64,000 bases of DNA from a virus (lineage: Duplodnaviria; Heunggongvirae; Uroviricota; Caudoviricetes), in the IMG/VR virus record IMGVR_UViG_3300047160_005224, positions 96,403 through 160,402 of that record, one strand, 5' to 3'. Both the position numbers and the translations under genes were made by a program. Positions 41,931-49,696 of this stretch are shown one piece after another (positions within the stretch are counted from its first letter, which is position 1; every line of letters starts with the position of its first letter). The notes beneath the pieces were generated by a model, which made no database searches, was not told where the DNA came from, and saw only the letters and a list, made by a program, of their open reading frames with translations.

Positions 41931-42644
41931 TCAGAGACCAAGTTCAATCTTGGCGATGATGTATGCTTTCACAAAGTCAGAACGAACAATATCACAGGCT
42001 TGAAACTCAACATGCTCAATTCTCTTGCCCATCGTGTCGATAATCTTGATGAAATCGCGTAGACCTTCCTTCTCTGCTTTCTTCAAGTCAGATTGACGGT
42101 AGTCACCAGCAAAGATCACCTTCGTGCTATCACCAAGTCTAGTTGAAATCATGTCCAATTCTTGGAAGGACATGTTACCAATTTCATCAGCGATTACGAT
42201 CGAATCATTCAACGTGATACCACGAGAGAACGAAGTGCTTTCAAATTCGATCACTCCATGCGATTTGAGAATAGTGTATGCATCTCCGCGTCCGAACAAC
42301 TCGTTCACGGCTTCGCGATACGGCTTCTCAAATCCAGCCATCTTTTCATCTTCGGTACCAGGCATGAATCCCATGTCGCGTGTTTGCACGCAGGAACGAA
42401 AGATGACGACCTTGCGGAATGTCTCATGTTCAATAACTTCTCTCAACGCAAGGTACAGCGCGAGGAAAGTCTTACCTGTTCCAGGATAACCATGAAGAAG
42501 CAAATTGTTTTCATAGAATGCTTCGAAGACTTGTTCCTGGGCATGAGTCTTCGGCTTGATTACAGAGAGTTGCATCCCGAAGGCGTTCTGTTGCTTACGA
42601 CCTCTGGCGGATGTGTTACCTTTTCTCTTTTGTTTTTGTGCCAT
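41931..42644 (-). CDS. phoH: PhoH-like ATPase
   Basis: Walker A GYPGTGKT; PhoH-like length and motifs (IVIADEIGN, DYRQSDL). Confidence 0.8.
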   Translation of the reverse strand: MAQKQKRKGNTSARGRKQQNAFGMQLSVIKPKTHAQEQVFEAFYENNLLLHGYPGTGKTFLALYLALREVIEHETFRKVVIFRSCVQTRDMGFMPGTEDEKMAGFEKPYREAVNELFGRGDAYTILKSHGVIEFESTSFSRGITLNDSIVIADEIGNMSFQELDMISTRLGDSTKVIFAGDYRQSDLKKAEKEGLRDFIKIIDTMGKRIEHVEFQACDIVRSDFVKAYIIAKIELGL

Positions 42645-42685
42645 CTAGCACCAATCCTGTCTTAGGAATAGACAGGTCATCCAAA

Positions 42686-42931
42686 TTAGAAGGTGTTGAT
42701 GGTTCCACCCTTGTTGATGCGATGCTTCTTCATGTGCTTCAATAAATCACGGAAGCCATCATCTGGCTTCTTCATACCCATTCTCACAGGATCGCCGATC
42801 GGAATAGAACCAGTTATCTGGATGACCCAGTCGGGATTTTCTGCTAGGAATTGCTCCATCGCAGAAATGGACATCATCTGATTTTCTCTGACCTCTCCTG
42901 TCTGCGTGTTTTTGAAATCATAGAACGGCAT
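42686..42931 (-). CDS. hypothetical protein (81 aa)
   Basis: Minus ORF. Confidence 0.45.
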   Translation of the reverse strand: MPFYDFKNTQTGEVRENQMMSISAMEQFLAENPDWVIQITGSIPIGDPVRMGMKKPDDGFRDLLKHMKKHRINKGGTINTF

Positions 42932-42934
42932 TGA

Positions 42935-43171
42935 TCAACCTTCTTCGTCTTCTTGTTTCGAATCCCAATACTTCTGGATCTGTTCCTGCATCGCATCATG
43001 CGATTTGATGATCTTGGCATCAATAAGAACCGTCACAAGAGCGAAATAGCCGTTGGTCTGGCCCATCTTGTACATCACATAACCATACAACGTAGCGATC
43101 GTCAGATAGACAAGGAACCACTCATTGGGCATTTCTCTTCTCCTGTGATGTGTTCGAGGATCTGGTACCAA
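42935..43171 (-). CDS. small membrane protein (78 aa)
   Basis: Hydrophobic minus ORF. Confidence 0.4.
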   Translation of the reverse strand: MVPDPRTHHRRREMPNEWFLVYLTIATLYGYVMYKMGQTNGYFALVTVLIDAKIIKSHDAMQEQIQKYWDSKQEDEEG

Positions 43172-43710
43172 GTGTCGGCAACAAAGACCTTATCACTTAT
43201 GTAGTCGCGGGTGTGGTCTGCACGAATAAGAATTCCTTTGAGTCCAAGAGAAATTCCATCCAGGCAGTTTTCGACTTTGTCTTCGATCCATGGCGCACCA
43301 GAATCCTTCCAGCGCGACAAGATATCACGCTTCGTTGCATCCAACGGAAGGATGTGCACATTCTCAGACCGAATGCGAAAATAATCCCACAGGAGTTTTT
43401 GACGTTGAAGTTGCGAGTACATGTCACCACCAAATGCGGTGATGCAATGTGGCTCATAGCCAATTTCGCGCAACTTGTTGACTACGAAAACAGCTCCGGG
43501 CATCGGGAACAAATAGGAAACTGCAGCAGAGCAGTTATATTCATGCACCAGTTTGCCGATTTCTTCTCGGCTCATGTCGTAACACTTACTCAAGCTGTAG
43601 TCGTTGGAACATGCTTGAACAAAACCGCGTTGCTTCATCCAAGAATTGAATCCACGATTCCAGTTGAGTAGGACGCCATCGGCATCCATCAACAATGGTT
43701 TGGAGTTCAC
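43102..43710 (-). CDS. HAD-superfamily 5'(3')-deoxyribonucleotidase-like protein
   Basis: N-terminal motif LMDADGVLLNW, HAD motif I DxDG. Confidence 0.55.
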   Translation of the reverse strand: MNSKPLLMDADGVLLNWNRGFNSWMKQRGFVQACSNDYSLSKCYDMSREEIGKLVHEYNCSAAVSYLFPMPGAVFVVNKLREIGYEPHCITAFGGDMYSQLQRQKLLWDYFRIRSENVHILPLDATKRDILSRWKDSGAPWIEDKVENCLDGISLGLKGILIRADHTRDYISDKVFVADTWYQILEHITGEEKCPMSGSLSI

Positions 43711-43712
43711 CA

Positions 43713-43886
43713 GGTTTCATCCTCGAACCCGAGATCGTCGAGTTCATCATCATCTAAATGTGCAGCGAGATTGTTGGACCGGAAAGCATTGCGCAGATGT
43801 TTCTCTTTGCGCTTGTTCTCTGGTTTGTGGTGCTTCTTTTCGAGAGCACGATCGCCTTCTTTCTTTTGATCAACAGTCATGAGCTT
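43713..43886 (-). CDS. hypothetical small basic/acidic protein (~58 aa)
   Basis: Sub-threshold minus ORF; MTVDQKKEGDRALEKKHHKPENKRKEKH... Confidence 0.3.
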
Positions 43887-44293
43887 TAGAACAGATCAGG
43901 GAATGCTGCCAGTACCACTTCAGTTTTGAGACCAGCCGGGAGTTGCTTGTCTTTGATCAAGTCAAGGAGCTTTGCATCATCCTTGTGCACGGCACCAAGC
44001 AAATCCACCCAGAGAGTCTCACGACGATGTTGCTTCAACCCAGGCTTGCCGCCTTCGAGGAAGATGTACAACCGACGGACTTCTGCATAGAGAATGCCAG
44101 GCTCATCGAACTCGGATGGTTTGTATGGAGATTCACCATCCGGTAAAGCGAACTTGATATTCGGATCAAGCGCCAAACGCAACAACGTGCGGATGATTGG
44201 TTGATCGATCTGCTTCAGAGCAACGACGCGATCAGCCTTCTTAGCATGAGCGCCTGCTTCTGTGAGAAGATGCGAAATGGGTTTCTTCACTAC
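43886..44293 (-). CDS. hypothetical protein (~135 aa, putative GTG start)
   Basis: Minus ORF 43886-44518 trimmed to avoid overlap with the RNase H gene. Confidence 0.4.
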   Translation of the reverse strand, partial: VVKKPISHLLTEAGAHAKKADRVVALKQIDQPIIRTLLRLALDPNIKFALPDGESPYKPSEFDEPGILYAEVRRLYIFLEGGKPGLKQHRRETLWVDLLGAVHKDDAKLLDLIKDKQLPAGLKTEVVLAAFPDLF

Positions 44294-44306
44294 TTGAATC
44301 CTGTTA

Positions 44307-45197
44307 TCAGTAGAAATCGTTGATGAGTTCGTGCATGTGCTTGAGTCGCTTGCTGATGAAATAATTCGTAAGCTTTGAGCGGCTCTTACCAGCTTGTGCT
44401 TCGTACTGTAGTAGAACTTGATCGCGGATAGTTTTTGGCGTGAAAGAAAGGTCAATAAGTTCTTCATTGCGTTTCCAGTTCCGCAACGAGAATGCATCAT
44501 CAGCGACCAACTTGTCAACTGGCGTTGCTAGCCAATTCTGAAGTTTGTCGTCGAAGATGGATCGTTGGCGACCCTTGTTGACAAACACATCGTCCGGACT
44601 GAGGACGTTCGGGACACCATCACCCTTGTCGCCTCTGATGATATGCTCTTTCAGATACAAGGAGGGATGGTCACACACGATCTTCTTCTTTTGCTTCGGA
44701 TCGAATTGTGAGACATTCGAGAACTTCTGCAGCTGACGGAAGTCGTGATCACCAGAAAGAATCAGGATGGATTCCTTGCGCTCAAACACCGGGATGATCG
44801 GAGAATCGTTGTCGTCTCTAAATTCATGAGAGAGAACACCGATGATGTCGTCAGCCTCAGCTCCGTCAACATCAATCACGCGCCAAGGAAAGAATTCCTT
44901 CAGCTCCTCGCGAACGACATTGAAAGTCTCGAAGATTGTCTTCCAATCCATCTCAGATTCTTCGCGATGCTTGTGGCGCATGGCTTTGTAATACGGGAAC
45001 ACTTTCTTCCGCCAGGAAGAACGCGTGTCGGTCGCGATTACCATCTCACCGTATTCTTTGAACTTCACCCGGAACGAGCGAAGCTGGTTGAGGATCATGT
45101 GCCTCAACATGCTTTCATCAAGTTGCGCATTCTGATGGTTGCCTAGTTGTACAGATAGATTGGCAATCATCGTCTGCTGCAAATCACAGATTATCAC
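44307..45197 (-). CDS. RNase H / 5'-3' flap endonuclease (T4 rnh-like)
   Basis: 296 aa; FEN-family acidic motifs VIDVDGAEADDIIG and GDHDFRQL. Confidence 0.6.
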   Translation of the reverse strand: MIICDLQQTMIANLSVQLGNHQNAQLDESMLRHMILNQLRSFRVKFKEYGEMVIATDTRSSWRKKVFPYYKAMRHKHREESEMDWKTIFETFNVVREELKEFFPWRVIDVDGAEADDIIGVLSHEFRDDNDSPIIPVFERKESILILSGDHDFRQLQKFSNVSQFDPKQKKKIVCDHPSLYLKEHIIRGDKGDGVPNVLSPDDVFVNKGRQRSIFDDKLQNWLATPVDKLVADDAFSLRNWKRNEELIDLSFTPKTIRDQVLLQYEAQAGKSRSKLTNYFISKRLKHMHELINDFY

Positions 45198-45491
45198 TTA
45201 CGATTCCTTTGGCTCATCATCACCAAATGTGGATACAAATTCCTGAGTGAACTCTTGAAGAGGATGGTAAGTGTTCTTTTGACGCATGACCAAACTCATG
45301 ATAGACTCACGCAGCATAAATGTATCATACGGATGCGCGGTTTCAATATCAACTCTATCGGCCAACTCTGCGATCACTGAGTTGGTGAGTGCACAAACAA
45401 CCTCATAATGCTCTCGATAGGATTCTTCGAAAGCATCATAAGGTGTTTGTGGTTTATCTTTGGTTCGGAAGAAATCTACAACATCGCCCAT
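45198..45491 (-). CDS. hypothetical protein (97 aa)
   Basis: Minus ORF. Confidence 0.5.
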   Translation of the reverse strand: MGDVVDFFRTKDKPQTPYDAFEESYREHYEVVCALTNSVIAELADRVDIETAHPYDTFMLRESIMSLVMRQKNTYHPLQEFTQEFVSTFGDDEPKES

Positions 45492-45520
45492 TGGCGGCTC
45501 CAGTGGTTATCCACTGGTAG

Positions 45521-45754
45521 TTATACCGTCTTAGGAATCTCCGCCAGGAAGCGCTTGGGGATGGTGTTGCTGGGATAGTTGCCGGTTTCGCTGTACGTCA
45601 TAGACCAGTGCTCGACGCCAGTCATCCTGCTATCGTCATTGGCGACGCCATAGTCGGCATACATGAGCCGATACACTTTCTCACCAGCTTTGAAGGGTGG
45701 CGAATCCACCAACACCATGTACGCCGGCTTGGTTGTGGGATCGAACGACATCAC
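45521..45754 (-). CDS. hypothetical protein (77 aa)
   Basis: Minus ORF. Confidence 0.45.
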   Translation of the reverse strand: MMSFDPTTKPAYMVLVDSPPFKAGEKVYRLMYADYGVANDDSRMTGVEHWSMTYSETGNYPSNTIPKRFLAEIPKTV

Positions 45755-45984
45755 GAAAGGGTCTCCAAATTGTTATAGTCAGTGGGAGTTTCGAACAGCG
45801 GACCGTCGCACAGCTCCATGATGCCCGTGCCGTCTTCCAAAGGATCGGGCACGACGAAGCCCATTTCCTCGTACTCGTCACGGAGCCGGAGAGTCTCCAT
45901 CCGGCTCGTGTTGGTGACTTCACCCAGAAAGACTTCGCCCTTCTCGTCGTAGTAGTGAAAGGCGTAGTAGCGACCTTTGCTCAT
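45751..45984 (-). CDS. hypothetical protein (77 aa)
   Basis: Minus ORF with ATGA overlap. Confidence 0.45.
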   Translation of the reverse strand: MSKGRYYAFHYYDEKGEVFLGEVTNTSRMETLRLRDEYEEMGFVVPDPLEDGTGIMELCDGPLFETPTDYNNLETLS

Positions 45985-47123
45985 TGGAACACCCTCAGGA
46001 GAATCGTATCGGTGGACGTACGGCAGTTGGATTCGAACTCGTTGGTCGTCAACCGATTGTACTGCGTGCCGCAGCTTGATCGGGTCATGCTCATCAGCGA
46101 CGCCAAGAATTCGGCAGGCTTGCGCACCTTCTTTGCGCGACCCTTGGCGTTCACGATGTTCGTTCGCCGGACCTGGATGCCCTTCTCGTCGTTGGCTTCG
46201 AAGATGGTCACAATCCGGCGCTTGGTGTCGAACGTGATCAGAGCCTTGGCGCCGACGATTCGGGAGGGATCGATGGACGCCACCTTGTATTCGGTGTTGT
46301 CCTTCTGGAAGCGCAGCCTGGAAACCTGCTTCGCTGCCGGGACTTCCTTCTTCTTGCGCGGCTTGCGAACGCGTTCCTTCTTCGCTTTGACGAGCGCCTC
46401 GAGATCACGCTTGAGGTTCACCACGAACATTGCCAGGCGCTGCTTGGTGTTCTTCTTCAGGAACTCGTAGCCTTCATTGAGCTGATCATCGCGACCACTG
46501 TAGAGGGCAAGGAATTCCGTGATGGTGTGCTCGAAGTGATCCAGCAACAGCTTGGCTTGCGTGGCAGAACAACTCTGGCGCGTCAGGGCTTCGTAGAAGT
46601 TGACGTCGATATCCTTGTCGGACTGGACCTGTTCGATCAGGTCCTCGATGTAGTTCACCATCGGCGCGATGCCGGTATTCACCGGACGCTCACGCTTGGG
46701 CTTTTCGACCGGCATGCCGTCGTCATCCAGTTCGACCACCGATTTGTCGCGAGCCAGAAACTTTGCGACTTCTTCGTTGAGGCGAACCTTGATGTCGTCA
46801 TCCAGGATCGTGCCGTTGCACAGCATCCGAGAGACGTAAGCCCAGGTTTCGGGGAACTTCTTCCCCCTGCGATCAGCGAACGCGATCTGATCCTTCGTGT
46901 ATCCACCCTCGGTTTCGAGGTAAGCAACGAGGAATTTCGCACGCTGGTCCGGTTCGACGCATTGCGCGTACCAGTTGAAAGCTCGGACCAGCTCCATCTT
47001 TCCCGGGAACATCCCAAGGGAAGGTTCCCCGCCCAGCTTGATCTGGGCAACCGAAATAGCACGTCCAACAAACTTTGGCTTCTTCGGCTTCGGCGCCCTG
47101 AGCACCGACTTTTTCGTTGACAT
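45981..47123 (-). CDS. hypothetical protein (380 aa, Lys-rich)
   Basis: Long minus ORF. Confidence 0.6.
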   Translation of the reverse strand: MSTKKSVLRAPKPKKPKFVGRAISVAQIKLGGEPSLGMFPGKMELVRAFNWYAQCVEPDQRAKFLVAYLETEGGYTKDQIAFADRRGKKFPETWAYVSRMLCNGTILDDDIKVRLNEEVAKFLARDKSVVELDDDGMPVEKPKRERPVNTGIAPMVNYIEDLIEQVQSDKDIDVNFYEALTRQSCSATQAKLLLDHFEHTITEFLALYSGRDDQLNEGYEFLKKNTKQRLAMFVVNLKRDLEALVKAKKERVRKPRKKKEVPAAKQVSRLRFQKDNTEYKVASIDPSRIVGAKALITFDTKRRIVTIFEANDEKGIQVRRTNIVNAKGRAKKVRKPAEFLASLMSMTRSSCGTQYNRLTTNEFESNCRTSTDTILLRVFQ

Positions 47124-47194
47124 AATTTTGACCCCCTTTCACTTACGTGGGTGACTTCGTTCTACGGAAGTAAGTCTGCCCTAGGAAGCCTCGG

Positions 47195-47262
47195 AAAGCA
47201 AGAACTATTTGACCTTTAGGATCAATAACTTACAAAGATAGGCAGCTAAGTCATTGATTCAT
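47195..47262 (-). promoter_or_regulatory. intergenic cassette copy with two AATCAATAACTTAC / GTAAGTCATTGATT motifs
   Basis: Motifs at 47221-47237 and 47246-47260. Upstream element agttcttgc resembles the agttcttgac -35 context of the other copies. Confidence 0.4.
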
Positions 47263-47790
47263 AAAGCCAAATTTAGCCATGTAGTAGGAGTCAATGATGT
47301 CCGAACTAGGGTTTGACCCCTTAGTTTGGTTGATAGCCGTACGAAGGTCGGCGTAACCGGTTTCGGCTACGAAGGCTTCCTCCATTTTGGCTTTATCGGA
47401 GTTGCCCTTGCCGGTCGCAAACTTTTTGACGGTGGTTGGCGCGGGCGTGATGAACGAGATACCTTCTTCCCACAAGATCTGCTTCAAAACACCGGTGTTC
47501 TCTGCAATGTTGAAGACCAATCCCTTAGCGCCAAGAGCGTAACCTTCTATCACTACTAAGTGTGGCTTCCAAGAAGCCATCAAAGAACGAACCCATTCAG
47601 CACTTTGGCGGAACCGCTGTTCTTGCGAATCATAGAAGTCTATAGTGTAGTGATGGAAACGACCAGAGCTTTGTAGCTTCTTGCCATCGTTTCTGAAGTA
47701 GAATTCGCAATTGGAAAAATCCCAGCTGTCGCTTTTGTGAAAGCAAACAGCTGGGCTTGTCATCGAGTAGTCAATACCAGCAATAATCAC
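47251..47790 (-). CDS. RuvC/YqgF-like Holliday junction resolvase
   Basis: N-terminus MIIAGIDYSMTSPAV and acidic residues at VVIEGYA fit the RNase H-like resolvase fold. Confidence 0.45.
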   Translation of the reverse strand: MIIAGIDYSMTSPAVCFHKSDSWDFSNCEFYFRNDGKKLQSSGRFHHYTIDFYDSQEQRFRQSAEWVRSLMASWKPHLVVIEGYALGAKGLVFNIAENTGVLKQILWEEGISFITPAPTTVKKFATGKGNSDKAKMEEAFVAETGYADLRTAINQTKGSNPSSDIIDSYYMAKFGFMNQ

Positions 47791-47826
47791 AGTCGATCCT
47801 TGTAGAGGGTTCGACTGTAACTATCC

Positions 47827-48162
47827 TCAGAGGAAACCGAATCCGCCGGTGTTCTTAGCCTTGGCTTCAAGATGTTCAATGAATGCTTCAGCAGCACGGA
47901 GAACTGCCTTGACGCGAGCTTCAGCCGTGTAAAACGTTTCTTGACTCTGCGCGACTACTTGGTGAGCGAGCTGCAGAATGTCAAAATGCAGATGTGGAGC
48001 AGAATCAAGAAGAGTGGTTACCTTCTTGTCAGCTTCGGCAATTGCATGGTCAGCAGCATGCTCAACTGTACCAGCAGAAACGCCAGTCAGAGCGGAAACA
48101 GTCGAAGCAGCAACGTCTTCAACCTTTTGGGCATCGATGCCCAGAGAACCAGTTGTGTTCAT
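47827..48162 (-). CDS. hypothetical protein (111 aa, Ala-rich)
   Basis: Minus ORF. Confidence 0.5.
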   Translation of the reverse strand: MNTTGSLGIDAQKVEDVAASTVSALTGVSAGTVEHAADHAIAEADKKVTTLLDSAPHLHFDILQLAHQVVAQSQETFYTAEARVKAVLRAAEAFIEHLEAKAKNTGGFGFL

Positions 48163-49301
48163 AGTTGGTAACCTTCAAAATCAGAATCATCAATCTTAGT
48201 GTCCAGAACGCCGATTCTATACGACGTGATCTGGGTTTCTTGTGGGGCGACTTGTACATCACCACCGGAAATCCATTTCTTTGTCCACGGCATCGGATCA
48301 GACGCCGCGTGCTTGTAGTCACTCTCGTACCCAAGCAAACTCATGCATTTGTGTGCTCGATGCTCAACAAACAACTCAAGCATCTCATAGCTCAGACCAA
48401 GCATCGATCCGTGCTGGAACAAATATTTTGCCCAAGCCTTTTCTTGATCAACTGCTCGTTTGAACATCTCCTTCACTTCATCAGTCGTCTCTTCAATGAT
48501 TTCCTGATAGTCAGGATCGTCAGAGAGAATTTTGATGATGTGCTGGGTTCCAGCAAGATGCAGATTTTCATCACGAGCGATGAACTTGATCACCTTCGCG
48601 TTGCCTTCCATCATCTTCTTCTGTTCAGCAAATGCCCAGGAACAAGCAAAGCTGACGTAGAACCTGATACCTTCCAAGATGTTCATCTGGACGAAAGCCA
48701 GATAGATCAATTTCTTCAATTCAAAGACAGAGATCGATAGGCTTTCGACCTTTTTGTCATTGAGGATCTGAAACTCACCTTCACCGAACAAGTTGTAGAA
48801 CGCACCGTACTTGTACAGCTTGTCGAAGATATCACTGGTGTCACGTACAGAATCCACAACCTCTGGAATGGTCAGAATGCTATCAAGCACCTTGCCTGGA
48901 TCAGTGGGAAACACGGTTTGAATGATATGCGTGTACGAACGCGAGTGGATGGTCTCGAAGAATGCCCAGGTTGAAATCCATACCTCAAGCTCTGGTTGAC
49001 TAACCAATGGTAGAATGGTGATAGAAGGACCACGAGCAGCAAACGTATCGGAAAGGATCTGTCGCTTCAAATTGCTGACAAAGATGTGTTGTTCAGCTTC
49101 AAGCAATTTGCGGAAGTCCTTTTGATCTCGAGTTAGATCGATTTCGTCAGGAATCCAGTTGTATGAGTGAGCACGCTGCGTCAGTTTCAACAGCTGTGGA
49201 TAGCGCACTCTATCATATCGTGCAATACCAACCGTTGCACCAAGGAACAACGGTTGATCAAGTTGATTCGTTTCTGCAGAACCAAGCGTGCTGTATGTCA
49301 T
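48159..49301 (-). CDS. nrdB: ribonucleotide reductase class Ia small subunit (NrdB)
   Basis: 380 aa; ferritin-like di-iron motifs and conserved C-terminal tail. Confidence 0.85.
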   Translation of the reverse strand: MTYSTLGSAETNQLDQPLFLGATVGIARYDRVRYPQLLKLTQRAHSYNWIPDEIDLTRDQKDFRKLLEAEQHIFVSNLKRQILSDTFAARGPSITILPLVSQPELEVWISTWAFFETIHSRSYTHIIQTVFPTDPGKVLDSILTIPEVVDSVRDTSDIFDKLYKYGAFYNLFGEGEFQILNDKKVESLSISVFELKKLIYLAFVQMNILEGIRFYVSFACSWAFAEQKKMMEGNAKVIKFIARDENLHLAGTQHIIKILSDDPDYQEIIEETTDEVKEMFKRAVDQEKAWAKYLFQHGSMLGLSYEMLELFVEHRAHKCMSLLGYESDYKHAASDPMPWTKKWISGGDVQVAPQETQITSYRIGVLDTKIDDSDFEGYQL

Positions 49302-49687
49302 TAATCTTGTAGCCTTGTTACCAGTCGGTCGAGTTTGAATTTGCGTTCTGCAACAAAATCATCGCGCACATCTAGAATATGAATGAGCTGATCGACCATG
49401 ATAGAAACGTCGGCAAGCTCAGAAACGATTCCAGAACCTTCAACTCCCTTTCCACGGAAGAAGCACTTGCTGATGGCAACCATCAATTCGCCAAGCTCTT
49501 CCATAGACTGTTGGGCTTGTGCAACATGTCCATACTTCACGAGAGCCATCTGATAAATGGCAGCCTCATTGATTGGAACTGCTGCACATGGGCCATCGTG
49601 GCCAGCAGAACGAGTGCAATTCCAATCACCAAAAGTGATTTTGGTCAAGATAGAACAGCATTCATTTTCAGAAACTTTAATATCCAT
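49301..49687 (-). CDS. MazG-like nucleotide pyrophosphohydrolase domain protein
   Basis: EExxE-type motifs EELGELMVAISKCFFRGKG and ELADVSIMVDQL. Located between nrdB and nrdA. Confidence 0.45.
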   Translation of the reverse strand: MDIKVSENECCSILTKITFGDWNCTRSAGHDGPCAAVPINEAAIYQMALVKYGHVAQAQQSMEELGELMVAISKCFFRGKGVEGSGIVSELADVSIMVDQLIHILDVRDDFVAERKFKLDRLVTRLQD

Positions 49688-49696
49688 AACGAATCC

